Origin: Eledone cirrhosa
Lineage: Eukaryota
Assembly (NCBI GenBank): GCA_964016885.1
Contig: OZ024743.1
Span: 277,512,001-277,576,000, forward strand
Direction of reading: 5' to 3'
DNA: 64,000 nt
Within the stretch, counting starts at the first letter, position 1. Each line of letters opens with the position of its first letter. Both the position numbers and the translations under genes were made by a program. Shown here piece after piece: positions 41,387-55,605 of this stretch. A model generated the notes under the pieces. That model was not told the DNA's origin and did no database searches. It worked only from the letters and a program-made list of their open reading frames with translations.

Positions 41387-43249
41387 ATGGCGGAGCCACG
41401 CTCCCTAAAGGCGGGTCTGCTGTCGTGCAACGGCGACTTGAGCGTTGAGAGGAGAGGTGGGGCGAGGAGCGCCACCAGCACCAACGGGCCGAGCGGCGCG
41501 GAAGGTGGTAACAGCGACAACACCAACACCAACAAGCCGAACAGCGCAGAAGGTGGTAATAGCGAGAGCACCAACAAAACGAACAGCACAGAGAGTAATA
41601 GTAGCGACAGCAGCAGCACCAACAAGGCCAACAGCACAGAGGGTAACCACGACACAGGGGAGAACAACAACAGCAATAGCAGCAGCAACACCAACAAGAA
41701 CAACAACAGTGACAACACCAACAAGAACACCTTCGCTGCTGTGGCAGCGGCTAAAAGGAGACCATGCTACAGCATCGACTTAACCAACAGAGAGGAAAAG
41801 TTGGCCCAGGCCTGGAAAATCATAAATCAAGAGCAGACCTGGGCAAACTTAACTGTCCCGGCAGAAGCCATTGAGGCAGTGGAAAAAAGAACGGTGCATT
41901 TCAGATGCATCTCAGTAGAGACAAAGAGGGCAGCGATAATCGCCCAAGCTGATGTAGAAGCCACACTGAAATACATCAGAGAGGACACAGACTTCATAGA
42001 GAGGGGCAGGCAATACGGCACCGTTTCGGTGCTGTTCAAGTCTGAAGCCCTCGCTGTGAAGCATTCAATGACCCCTTGCAAAACCAGCAAGGTCATAATG
42101 TACCCCTCCCACATGGGAAAACGAATAGCACGTGTGCGCATTCCCAGGATTCCACCAGGACTTGATATGTGGTGGCTCCTGGGTTGCGTAATCGTGGAAG
42201 GAACGGATACAGTCCCGGTAGAGGCAACGAGAACTGCCAGGGACGACTGGTCCGGGGTTGATCTGGAGATACTGCCCCAAATCAGACCCGAAAACGTAAA
42301 AGCAATCCCGGACCACATCCACCTCCAAAACGGGAGGGTGTTGCATATAATGACTGAGGGCAAAAGGCCGCATTGTTTCCTTTGTGGGGAAACGACACAC
42401 TTGCGAGCCTTCTGCCCTCAACTGCCGAAAAGCGCAAGTGGTCGAAAGATTCCACTGCTGGCGACGCCGGGACAAGGACCACCAGCAACACCGTCAACAA
42501 TGGAACCACCAAAATTGCACACCCGGGGGGGAAACGAGGAAAGCTCTCCCATTCCCCTTCCCCCCCAAAATACACACACGAACAAGAACATAAACACTCA
42601 CTCAGACACAAACACGCTCACAGCCACAGACCCCTCATCCTCCAGCAGTGAAGATGAGGGAAAACCAAAGTCCCCCAAAATACAAAAAACAAAACACAAA
42701 AAAAAAAGAAATCCACAAAAAAAATACACACACCACCCACACAAACATTTTCCCCACAGCATCACCAACACAACCACCAAAATCCCCCAAACGCAAACAA
42801 GCTAAACAGACACAAGAACAAATAGACACACAAACATCAGAAACTACAGACACCCCACCCACAACAAACGCAGACACAATAGAAACAACACTAACAAAGC
42901 TATCACCACCACAATCACACGAACAAAAAAAACCCGAGCAACAAAACATTAAAAACTTCGTGCTTGCCAGAAGGGCCAACAAGGAATTGATGGCCCATGT
43001 AGCACGAAGCACAAACATTGAAAAAGAGGGGAAACATTTGAAGCGAGCACATTTCGCGTACCAGATAATTTGCTTCTGATGCGAATGTCGCTCGCTTCAT
43101 AAAAAGAAATTCGAAAGAGCTTTCCTCGGGATGTGGGAACCCCGAACGTAAAACCCACTTCAAGACTATTAAAGGGGTTCCCAAAAGAAACCCCACAAAC
43201 TATGGAGGTCGAACCACCCGACCTTCACAAGACCCCGGAAGGTAAGTAA
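41387..43249 (+). pseudogene. Tx1 copy C ORF1, frameshifted in its 3' third
   Basis: TFAAVAA; TEGKRPHCFLCGETTHLRAFC knuckle; last frame FPRDVGTPNVKPTSRLLKGFP...MEVEPPDLHKTPEGK* is homologous to the copy A C-terminus. Confidence 0.8.
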
Positions 43250-43278
43250 ACCTTTCCTCTCCCATTCATCCTGCCAGC

Positions 43279-46200
43279 ATGGCCATAAAAGTAGGAAGTT
43301 TAAATGTTCGTGGCCTGGGGTCGCCCTGGAAGCAAGGTCACTTGCTCAACGACCTCAGGTCACTAGGAATGGATGTAATAGCCATCAGCGAGACCAGAAT
43401 TTCCGACACACGCGCACTGGCGCCGATTTTCGACGATTATCAGATCTTTGCATCTGTTAGTCGGCCGGGAATGGGAGGTGGAGTGGCTGTGCTGTTTAGG
43501 AAATGTCTGGATCTCGAGGTAAGGTCAATCTTCCGGGATCCTGACGGAAAGTTGGTGGTCCTGGACGTGAGCAATAGCGAAGGTGGTGCCTTTAGACTGG
43601 TGGCCGTCTACGCCCCTACTGGGGCCGGTCGGCGGGACTTCTTTAGGCGCCTGGAAAACTTTCTGCTTACGTCTCGCCCTTTACTGTTAATAGGGGATTG
43701 GAATGGCATCTTAGAAGCACGCTGGGATTGTGTGGGAGTATCTGATAGGAGCGGGGGGTGCAAAAGCCTCAAGTACCTGATCAGCCAGTTTCAACTGTCT
43801 GACAGGTACCGACTAGATTTCCCTAATGCGCTAGTATGGACCTGGACCAATCGCATAGGGTCATCTAGATCGTACATAGATAGGATTTTCATTAGGAAAA
43901 GAGATAGAAATAGTGTAAGATGTCCACATTTTAAAACGGTTGCCTATTCAGATCACAAGCTTGTGATCTGTATGGTCGACCTAGATAAGACACGTAGGTT
44001 AGGACCTAGCTACTGGAAGCTAAACATGTCGTTTCCGGCACGTAAAGCTTACAGGGACCGGGTCAACAACTTAGTTAAACAAAAGTTGACAGAGGGGGTT
44101 GTCAACAACAGGTGGTGGGGGGCTCTCAAAAGAGAGATTAGAGCAACCTCGATAGGATTTAGCAAAGAAGTAGCAATAGAGAAAAATAGAAAGGAGGAGG
44201 GGCTGATAGCTAAGTTAGACGAGGCTATTTGTAGTGGCATTGCAACAGACGTGCTAGCGGCGAGAATGGCACTAGACCATTTCTTCAATGCGAAACACGA
44301 AGGTTGCATTGTAAGAGCTAAGGCGCGTGCTCTGAGGAACGAGGGAACCAAAGCTGCCCGATGGGCTCGCTTTGCAGAGACGCAGCGTGGAAATAAAACC
44401 GCAATTCGGTCTTTGACGGATCGAGATGGACACGAACTGAGCGATTCCAAGCAGATGTGTGAGGCCTCTCGCCAGCACTTTGCTCGATTGTTCGGGAGGA
44501 TGGGTGAGTCGGAGACGGCGGCGGACTTCAGTCCCTACCTCGACGGCTTGCCACGCCTCTCGACGGCCGACGCTGAGCGCTGCGAAGAGCCGATAACATC
44601 AGTCGAAATTCAGGACGCCCTTGTCGGCTGCTCGAGTCGCAAGTCACCCGGTTTGGATGGTCTGCCCTACGAGCTTTACGTAAATATGCCAGACTTGTTC
44701 TCCGATCTCCTCGAAGCGCTCTACTGCAACTGGCAGCAGAACGGGAGCATTCCCAGTTCTGTGAGCCGTGGCGTAGTGACGCTGATAAGGAAAGACGAGA
44801 ACAAGAGGGACACACTAGATAATTTCAGGCCCATAACCCTGCTCAACACAGAGTTTAAGATTTTGGCCAAGGTGTTAGCGAAAAGGTTGGCGCTTGTCGT
44901 CAAAGATTTGGTAGGGGAGGCGCAAACTTGCGCAATCCCGACCAGGTCCATACACGACAACCTCCACCTCATGCGATACATCATAGAGAGGGTTGGGTGC
45001 AAACCTGGCTTCGGTGGGGCTCTGATCAATTTAGATCAATCGAAAGCATTCGATAGGGTCGACCATCGGTACTTGGAGGCTGTCCTCGAGGCGGCTGGCT
45101 TCGGCCCCGTCTTCAGAAGCTGGATCGCTGCAATGTACAGCGGCATCTGCTCGGTGGTCAAAGCTAATGGCCACCTCTCGGAACCGTTTCAGATCTCTCG
45201 ATCGGTCCGTCAAGGGTGCCCTCTCTCCTCACTTCTGTACGTATTGACTCTTGAGCCTCTACTGCGGAAGCTGGAGTTGTTGCAGGGCATCCCGCTCGAA
45301 CCGGGACGTAGAAAGGCTGCGTCCGCTTATGCGGACGACATCACCGTGATGGTGTCGGACACCTTGGAAATCGAGGTGATCCGCACCCATTTGGAGGAAT
45401 ATGAAAGGTTGGCGGGAGCAAAACTTAACCCGGAAAAGTCGGTGGGCTTGCAGCTCGGCACCTGGAGAGGCAAGTCCATGCCGTCCAACAGCGTCGTTGG
45501 GCGCTGGACAGACGGACCGGTAAAGTTGCTCGGGGTTTGGTTCGGACCAGACCTCCAGGTGGATAAGAATTGGGACGAGGTGACGAGCAGGATAGCCAAC
45601 CTCACCCAGAAATGGGCTGAGAGAAAGCTATCACTGAAAGGGCGGGCGGAGGTGGCGAACGCGTACATCGCGTCCGTCATCTACTACCGCCTGACCGTCG
45701 TGCCTTGCCCCCGTCCACGCCTCGCCAATTTGGAACGGCTCCTTTTCAAATTTTTGTGGAGGGGACGGGTCCCGTTGGTGAGGCGGTCCATCTGCTGCCA
45801 GCACCCTCTTCGTGGAGGGCTGGGCATGCCGTGGCTAATGATGCGCAGACATGCGCTGAGGCTGCGACATCTCCAGATATTTTGCCTAAACGGTGAACAG
45901 GTGTGGTCGCCGTTTGTTAGACGGGCCTTTCCGCAGCTCATCTCTTTGACTGAGCTGCAGTCCTGGGTCAAGAAGAGACCGAGACTGGGCGACTGGCATC
46001 TGGAATGTTGCCAGGCGCTCACTGCACTCTGCAAGGTGGGCAATGCGGTCAGTGGAACTTCCACTCAAGATTTCTATAGAGGATTAGTGGAGGGCAAGTA
46101 CGATGACGTACTAGGAGAGGCTCTAGGCGTCAACGAAGTAGAACTGACCAGTATGTTCCGGAGGACTTTCGAGCCAGGGACGATGGATAACTTCCAGAAA

Positions 46201-46699
46201 TCCCTCGCTTGGCAGTGCTACCGGGGGGCGCTGCCGGTTCGGGATAAACTCTACAGGCACGGAAGTGCTGTCAGACGAACCTGCCCGAGATGCGCGCAGA
46301 GCGACGAAACCGTTCTGCACGCACTCTTCCAGTGTCCGTGCATTGCTGACTTGTGGGGTTATGTCGAACAGCTATTGTCGCGTGTAGAACGGATCCGGCT
46401 ATCGTCCGAGTCCATAGTGAAGATTGACCCGCCCGCCTTCTTTTGGTCAGGAAGGGCAGGCAATTTTCCTCTGCCTGGTGGCAGTAGCGAAAGAGGTTGC
46501 ATGGTGGACCAGGTTGAAAGGACTGAAGACAGACACTTTTCTCTTCGGCCAATCCCTCATCAACTTCTTCAAGTTTCACTTGGAAAGGAAGGTGAGGGTG
46601 GAGAGTGAAGTGCTGCCCCCCAGTACATTTACTGAAAGGTAGGTGAATGTGGCGAGAATGGCCCGCGTGAGTGGGCCTACTCTGATCATGCGCCTGTAG
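43279..46699 (+). pseudogene. Tx1 copy C ORF2 (APE + RT), nearly intact
   Basis: About 1050 uninterrupted codons with all APE and RT motifs including YADD; one frameshift near 46440 and a TGG>TAG at 46640. Confidence 0.93.
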
Positions 46700-47224
46700 G
46701 CTGGTGAATTCGAGAAGGAGAGGGGTGCCCTTCCCGGGTGCCCTAGGAGCGTCGGGTGGCTCAGGACTGGTGGGGTGCTTGAGTCAACCCTGGGTGGTGA
46801 TCCCTCTTATTGGGGAACTTTCATTGTTGTATTTTTATTGTTATTTTGTTTTTTTGTTATTTATACTTACTCGATCTCTATGTAAACCCCCACTGTCCCT
46901 GTCTATTGTGTTGTCCCCTATATGTCGGCCCTTGTGGCCAATAAATGAAATCATTATTATTATTATTATTTAATTATATCGATGATAGTTCAGTAAATAG
47001 ATAATAATCTGAGACAAACAAAGAAAAATACAATAAAATAAATTAAACATGAAATGTAAAGCTTAAGAAAGTTTTGAATGCAATAAAAGAATCTTTTGAA
47101 TGTGGCATTAGTTAATCAGAGAGACTATATTGTCTTTGTTGAAGGGTGGGCTGTTAGGAATTGGTGTGACATTAAAACACCGATGACAAGAAGAACAAAA
47201 AAAAAAATCCAATTGAGAACATGG

Positions 47225-47515
47225 TGAAACACACACACTCATACACACATACATACACGCCCACACATACACATATACACACACGTTCACACAGACACAC
47301 GCACACACACAGACACACATGCACAGACACATGCAAACGCACACATTCACACAGACACACGTTCACACACACATACACTGACACACAGACACACACATAC
47401 ACACACACATGCAAACGCACACGTTCACATAGACACACACAGACATATACAGTGACACACAGACACACACACATACACACACACAAATATAGACACACAC
47501 ACACGCACACATACA
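47225..47515. repeat. Degenerate (CA)n array
   Basis: Direct reading. Confidence 0.9.
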
Positions 47516-47544
47516 ATCATATATATATATATATACATTACTGT

Positions 47545-47874
47545 TGCCGATGATCCTGATGGTGGTAGTGGTCCTGGTGGTGATGGTGGTGGAGGTGGTG
47601 ATGGTAGTGGTGGTAGTAGTGGTGGTGGTGGTGGTGGTGGTGGTGGTGGTAGTGGTGGTAGTAGTGGTGGTGGTGGAGGTGGTGATGGTAGTAGTAGTAG
47701 TAGTAGTGGTGGTGGTGGGGGTGGGGGGTAGTAGTAGTAGTAGTAGTGGTGGTGGTGGTGGTAGTAGTGGTGGTGAAGGTGGTGTTGGTGGTGGTGAAGG
47801 TGACGGTGGTTGTGGTGGTGGTGCAGATGTTGATAATGGTGGTGGTGGTGGGGGGGGGGGATGATGACGACGAC

Positions 47875-47912
<38 letters not shown>

Positions 47913-47990
47913 CAGTGACGATGTTGATGATAATGACGATGCTGGTAGTGGTGGTGATGATGACAAAGACGTTGGTGATGATAATGTTGG

Positions 47991-48025
<35 letters not shown>

Positions 48026-48316
48026 TTGGTGGTGGTGACTTTGAGGATGATGGTGATGATGATGATGATGATGACTATGAAGATGATGGTGATGATGATG
48101 GTGGTGACTTTGAGGATGATGGTGATGATGATGATGATGATAATGATGACTATGAGGATGATGGTGATGATGTTGATGATGATGACAACGAGCCCGACTA
48201 TGACGACGATGTTCACGACAATAAAGTTTATAATGCTGATGACTACCCCTCATGCTGTAGCTGTGTCTATTATCACTATAACGTTTTTATCATTACCATC
48301 AACTACTAACTACTTT

Positions 48317-48350
<34 letters not shown>

Positions 48351-48475
48351 GGTGGTGGTGGTGGTGGTGGTGGTGGTGGTGGTGGTGGTAGTAGTAGTAG
48401 TAGTGGTGGTGGTGGTAGTGGTAGTGGTAGTGGTAGTAGTAGTAGTAGTAACAGCAGCAATAGTAGTAGTAGTAT
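47545..48475. repeat. Compound trinucleotide array (GTG/GTA/GAT)n
   Basis: Direct reading; source of the poly-His/Asp/Pro pseudo-ORFs. Confidence 0.92.
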
Positions 48476-48996
48476 GAAGAAGTCGTGATAGTTCAAAGTA
48501 CTTTACGACGCAGTTTTCTATAACGTCATGCAGAGGTTCACATTTGCAGTTGATGTTGTTTTCAATGATGGAAAAAAAAAAAAAAAATAGAAATAAAAAT
48601 AACATAAGAAACAACAGCAACCCAAACCGTTTGTGCAGTTATGTAGTGAATGCAAGCATCTCAGCAGAACAACATGCTCCGTTGGAGACTGATAACTTTC
48701 TGTATTGTGTTCACTAAAGATCTCTGTTTTTTTCCTCCGTCTAACTAACGCCACCCAGTGCACAAAATAGGCACTGAACTATATTAACTAAGCTAGGCAC
48801 GTCAGCTCAGCCCCGCTCAGAAAAAGTAATGGAGTGAAAGAGAGGTTGAGATAGTGTATGTGTGTGAGAGAGAGAGGGAGAGAGAGGGGGGAGAGAGAGA
48901 GAGACGATGGCAGAAATGGGGACTAAGAGAGGTGTAGGTAGATGAAGAACAGGACCTGACAAAGACTAAAGATTAAAAACTGTGAGACAAAGAGAG

Positions 48997-49185
<189 letters not shown>

Positions 49186-49489
49186 TGTGTGTGTATGTGT
49201 GTGTCTGTCTGTGTGTGTAGAATGATAGAGAGAGGGGGGAGTGCTAAACTATATGCTTTGCAGTATTTAGTTGCATTCCTTTACGTTATGAGTTCTGTTC
49301 TCGCTGGTGTCGATAAAATAAGTACCAGAATTGGAGATGATTTAATCGGCCGTACCTATCTTCAAAATGTCTAGCTGTACGATAATTAGACATAAGTACA
49401 TGTAAGGTAAGCAATAAACCCATTAATTTCTGGAAACATATCGCATGACAAAATAACTCAGTAAAAATCGTTGTTTTATGAAAAACTAA

Positions 49490-49850
49490 ACTTAGAAAAT
49501 GCTGACATTCGAGATGAAATAAGAGAAAAACTATGGGCATCTACAAAATCGAACGCATAAACAACTAAAGTATTCGCACGAAGATCAGGCAACATGTGGG
49601 CAATTACGAAGACGTGGTAACTACAGAAAGGAAAAGAAAAAATGAGATGGCCCAGTCCCGTCACACGATCTGATGAATTGACAAAGACCATCTGCCAAGA
49701 GAATAGTTCAAGGGAAACAAAGTCAAGGATATCGGAATATAAAATGGGCGCATGACATTTCGGAATGAAGCAGCAAGGACTTGTCGACAACCCAAGGCTC
49801 TGGCTTGAAAAATATATCGATGGAGGGAGGTGGCACATTATCCAGCCAAC
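49490..49850 (+). mobile_element. Degraded RTE-like LINE 3' fragment
   Basis: IRQHVGNYEDVVTTERKRKMRWPSPVTRSDELTKTICQ resembles RTE ORF ends (KRKLxWyGHVtR...KTILQG). Confidence 0.55.
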
Positions 49851-49950
49851 CCCTCGCCCCACGTTTCAACAGTACCAATGAAAAAGGGAAGTGAAATAAA
49901 GTTGGTTGAAATTTTGCTATATGAATTCCTCTAAGTTGTCAAAGATGATA

Positions 49951-50023
<73 letters not shown>

Positions 50024-50145
50024 AATCTGAGTTTTTTGAATATTAATAATAATATTCGATTCGTTTGCAATTATGCAAACAGCATTATTATTAATATTCG
50101 AAAAACTCAAATTACATTTATTGTATTCAGCCATGTAGAGCAATA

Positions 50146-50195
<50 letters not shown>

Positions 50196-50378
50196 AAAGT
50201 TCTATTTAAATTGTTGGGATGCAACAAGCAAATATTTTTATAACTGATATAAAGCACTCAACAAATAATTGGAGTAAAAATACGATATTAATAAATGGAA
50301 ACTCCCGGAGCTTCCAACAGTAATGGTTGCATTCTTTAAGTGTATGTCAATATTTATTTATAAAACTGCTCTATATTA

Positions 50379-50443
50379 TATTTTATCTGATGAAAGCACA
50401 CCATAATTTAACTTGGTGTCCTTGAAATATGTATAATGAAATA
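50379..50443 (+). ncRNA. Type I hammerhead ribozyme motif (family H1, copy 2)
   Basis: TATTTTAT CTGATGA AAG-C-ACACCA loop TGGTGT-C-CTT GAAA TATGTA TA ATGAAATA. Confidence 0.72.
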
Positions 50444-50492
50444 AATATGGTTTTATAAATATAGTTTCCATTTGTTAATATCGTATATATAT

Positions 50493-50544
<52 letters not shown>

Positions 50545-51407
50545 AACCAGTAAGACCCCGACGGCTGAGCTCAAGCCGTTTCGACGGCTAAATATATACA
50601 TTGGCGGACTGGATCTAAAAATATTGGTTGCCACGAGGAGACAAAGGGGCCCACCCACAACTACAATACTATCATTTAATTTTCAATTGGCCGTGAAATT
50701 GTAAAGGAAAAATACAGATTATAGAATATATTAAGAATTTCGTACCTTATCCAATAAAAAAAGATCTTGTGAAATATGCACATCCACCAAATAGCAGTAA
50801 TGAACTTCTGTCTTTCACACTCAATATATATATATATATGTGTGTCTTGTGTGTGTGTGTGTGTGAATTTGTGTGTCTTTGTTTATGTGTGTGTGTGTGT
50901 GTGTATTCATATAAATATAATTAAGACCAGTAATACAACGAAGCCATACGTTTCGTTGGTTATGTGTACCAACTTTTCAGCCTATGCCAGGGGAAAGGAA
51001 CCGGAAATAGCTTATATAAAGGAAGGAGATAGGAAAGCGACCAAAGGGCCGGTAATAAAGGGAGAATAGAGAAAGTAATTAAAAACGTCGAAAACTTTTA
51101 AGGAAACCAACTTAGTGGGATAAACCTTGCAGTTAGAACTACTTTGTATATCACCACATGAAATTATACAGCGGGCATAACTTAGGGCTAAAGTAGGAAT
51201 AACAGATATTAGGAATAAGAAATATTGTTTTAGTTAGTTATTATGGAGGTAAGCTCTTTAGAAGGTGCTTCGTGGCGTCGGGAAAGTGAGGGAAGAACTC
51301 GAATCGTGTAAATGTTTTTGGTGTAAAGATTATTAGTTATCAACCACCACTCACCTTTGCATAATCTGAAAACGTTGAGACCGTTTACATATGGTCGATA
51401 TATATAT

Positions 51408-51466
51408 AAGAAGATCTTAACGGTTCAAGTTTTTCCTGGAAAAACTTGAACCGTTAAGATCTTCTT
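51408..51466. repeat. Perfect palindrome, 29-bp arms, 1-nt spacer
   Basis: AAGAAGATCTTAACGGTTCAAGTTTTTCC T GGAAAAACTTGAACCGTTAAGATCTTCTT. Confidence 0.95.
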
Positions 51467-51500
51467 CCTGGTTATGTCAATATTTATAAAACAAACTTTG

Positions 51501-51561
51501 TATTTTATCTGATGAGAACGTACTAAAGTTTTGGTACCTTTGAAATATATATAATAGAATA
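51501..51561 (+). ncRNA. Type I hammerhead ribozyme motif (family H1, copy 3)
   Basis: TATTTTAT CTGATGA GAA-C-GTACTAA AGTT TTGGTAC-C-TTT GAAA TATATA TA ATAGAATA. Confidence 0.72.
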
Positions 51562-51987
51562 AATATGGTTTTATGAATATAGTTTACATTTATTTAATAT
51601 CATTGTGTATATATATATATATTTATATATATATATATATATATGGTGGTGGCTGCCAACTCGTTTTCGAGTACGCCACTACTTTATATCCATGTAGGAG
51701 AACCCCTACCAATGCGCTGAACGAGTATGACTTTTTAGTCCAGCCAGCGACTTGAAAACTCTGGTACAAACACTACACCTGTGACAATTATTGACACATA
51801 GTGCTGGGCCCATGGTACCATGTGACGACAAGTGCAGAGAGATCTCCAGATATAAAACAATGCCTGTGCCGTGAAGCTTTTATAGTGACAAAGGCACTGC
51901 ACAAAGCCAGTCCCACTCTCTTAACCAAGATGATATTTACCAAAAAGAAGAACAAGTCAACATCATTGGATACCATCAGGGTTGCAG

Positions 51988-52347
<360 letters not shown>

Positions 52348-52351
<4 letters not shown>

Positions 52352-52466
52352 TTTATTTCACGTTGCTCCTTCTACCTGGAGTTGCGACCGATAGATAGTA
52401 TTAGCAATTGGAAAGACCAACGGAAACATAGTTTCCTCGGTCCGATTTGATGAAAGTCGATCGACT
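52348..52466 (+). mobile_element. 3' part of a second SINE family
   Basis: Near-identical to 59612-59732. Confidence 0.7.
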
Positions 52467-52467
52467 A

Positions 52468-52506
<39 letters not shown>

Positions 52507-52762
52507 GGCATATATTAATTAATCAATTGCGAATCGTTTGTAAATCATGTAAATATGAATCCATTGAAATGTTAAATGTATCTATTTGAAATTTTAAATT
52601 ATGAAACTTTTCCCTTGTCCGGAACTAGATATTAATAGTTCATTTCACAAGCACAGAATCCTATTGAAATTTATCTTACGGTAACGGAAGTTGCAACCAA
52701 AAAGGAAGACTCCAGTTCAGCTACTGCTATCGCTCATGTTATCGCAAACGAGTGCATGATAA

Positions 52763-52794
<32 letters not shown>

Positions 52795-53002
52795 TACTAC
52801 TACCACTACTACTACTACTACTTGCTTATTTACTTACGTCATTTGTGCCTCAAATATGTAAAGATTTTGGAACGGATCGGTCACCATTTAATCTTGTCGC
52901 TGCGACTACAGCAGTTCTTACGATATACATATATTCACTTATACTCTTTTATCTGTTCCAGATGACTGGCTGAGGCCATATATATATATATATAGAGAGG
53001 CC

Positions 53003-53084
<82 letters not shown>

Positions 53085-53589
53085 GAGTATAAATATCTAA
53101 TATAGAAATTGCTTCTACAGGACTAGAACTCTTTTCATTCGGGAGAAATCATCAGGAAGCCGACTGTCCAAGTAATATGGTGGTACTTTTACCTTTTCTG
53201 GTGGAAGGAGAGGGTGGCGATTGGGATGGGAGGAGGTAATTGGTTGATGGATTTAAAGAAAAGGGAATTCTTTAAAAACTATATTTCGAGTAACAAAAGC
53301 AGAACAAATTCAAGCTAGGTGTCTGTAGACAGTTTCACACTGAAGGAGGGGGGGGGGGGGGGGTACTCATGATTTTTAAGGTTCGTTTAAACATATAAAT
53401 AGATACTATTACCCCAGTGCACCAAATCCACCAGTGCACCAAATCCATCCATTGCTGTCACTAACAAGCAAACACAAACCCCCCGAAACCAGCCACTACT
53501 CTAGCCTCCACATTTCTACTCAGTGTATAAGGTGTCAGCCCTTTCATCAATACATAAAAATGGAAGGGCCAGTTAATTGAGGATTGGGT

Positions 53590-55605
53590 TGGTAACAATT
53601 CATACAATATACTTAACTGAGACCCATCTCGACAACTCCCTCTTGCAATCCGAAATAAAGGTGAGGAATTTCACAACCATCCGCGCGGATCATGTCAGCA
53701 GAAGGAAGGGTGGAATTGCCATTTTCCTGCATGATTCCTTTGCAGCAGACGGAAATATCATAATCTCCAATAGCTACTGTGAATCAATCACCACGCAAAA
53801 TAAAGTCAATGATTTGATAGTAGTTGGGTTCTATAAGCCACCCTAAACGTCTATACAGCGCTTTAAAGAATGCCTCAACAGCATTAAGTGTTTTATCCAA
53901 CAGTGCCATTCTGGTAACATACTTATGATGGGAGATTTTAATCTACTCTGTGTTGCTGGTCTACAAACAGTTTGAAACCAGGTGCTTCCACCTCAACCGC
54001 TGACAAAGCAGTAATACAGTCATTTCTCGACTTTATGGCTAAGTTTTACTTGTTCCAACTTGTCCTTGCACCAACAAGATATCAGAAAAGATTTTAGATC
54101 TAGTGTTTCGTAACCACACTAACACTACACATACCCCCAAAGATATAACCTCCAACATTGCATGAAGACCATCACCAATAACCAAAGAACAGCTGAGGAG
54201 AAATGGGCCATTGAGACAATTAAACTCAACCCCATAGTGTGCTATTCCTTTGCGACAAAACAAAAGATCACTGTCTCCACTGTTGGCCCTCTGATTGATG
54301 AAAATTGCACTCTCCAAGACAATGCTAAAACCATGGGTGAGATACTGCAGAAACAATACTGCTCTGTGTTCAGGAATCCTGATATAGCTGACCTGGGCTG
54401 TATCTGTGAAGTTAATCCCCAACATTATATCGGACATAACGTTTGGCACCCCTAATGTCTTAGCGGTAATGAACGAAATTAAACATAACTCAGCAGTAGG
54501 CCCCGATAGGTTCCCTGCCAATGTCCTGAAGGTGTGTCGAGACCAACTTGCATCTCCTCTTGCTAATCTGTGAAGGAACTCACTGAATGCTGGCTATATA
54601 TATATACACATTTTCTGTCCCAGTCTGTCGTCCAAGTTTTCAAAAACACCTCTCATATCATTAAGGTATTTGAGAGCGTGTTGAGATCACGAATAACGCA
54701 CTTTTGTGAAAGCAACAATCTGCTGAGCTCCAACCAACTTGGGTTCCGTAATGAAAGGGACTGCCTAACGCAGCTCCTGCATCACTTTGAGGACATTTTA
54801 AGAGCTTTGGGAGAGGGCTCCAACACTGATGAAATCTACCTTGAGTTCAGCAAGGCCTTTGACAAGGTTGATCACAACATTCTACTGAAAAGACTATCCA
54901 GCATTCGTGTCTCTGGAAAGTTACTGAAATCTATCAAGTGTTTCCTGGCAAACAGAGCCCAATATGTGGTCGAAGGAGTACAACAAAGCCCAGCCAAAAT
55001 CAGTAATGACATTCCACATGGCACTGTGTTGGGCCGACTTCTTTTCATTATCTATATCAATGATATTATTGACGTCGTCAAGCAAAGCAACATCAGAATC
55101 TTTGTAGTTGATTCCAAATTCCCCAAGGTCACCAATGGTGTAGGTGACCGAACATGTTTTCAATAATATCTACATGCTGTTATCCAATGGGCGAAAAACA
55201 ACAACAATAAGCTGATGAACGATGACAAATTCGAATTAATATACTTTGGAAAAGAGGATGCACTAAAACTCTCCTATTTCCTTCCCTCAGGCGAAACCCT
55301 CGTGGCATCTAACATCACAGACCTGTGAGTAATTGTTGATAACACCATAAGCTGGACTACTCATATAAACAGCAGAATTTATACGAGAGATATCAACACC
55401 ATTATTCTTCTCTTCTCTACTATACACGACCCCACCTTCAATACCGTTGTCTACTGTGGTTTCCTCACACAAAGCAAAGTATTTTTGAAACTGAAGCACC
55501 TCAATGGTCAATATCAAAGATAGACGGCATGACAGGCCTTGACTATTGGGAACGACTAGAAAAGCTCAAACTCGACTCTCTCCATGCTGCCGCGAGCGCT
55601 ACATT
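53590..55605 (+). mobile_element. Degraded CR1-like LINE (APE + RT relic)
   Basis: LTETHL, RKGGIAIF, MGDFN, QLGFR, YLEFSKAFDKVDH, PHGTVLGRLLFIIYIND, YWERLEKLKL; truncated by the Penelope insertion. Confidence 0.82.

Larger units (their letters stand above)
41176..46952 (+). mobile_element. Full-length Tx1/L1-clade retrotransposon, copy C, flanked by (ATT)n
   Basis: Starts right after (ATT)7; ends AATAAATGAAATC + (ATT)6 at 46953-46970. Confidence 0.93.

Noticed and set aside
43242-43277. 36-nt mini-intron fusing ORF1 to ORF2
   Set aside because: Out of frame with the homologous ORF1 end in copy C, and no equivalent AG in copies A and B
47363-48620. Long poly-His/Asp/Pro/Thr ORFs
   Set aside because: Open in several frames on both strands because they are trinucleotide microsatellites; no splice or domain evidence
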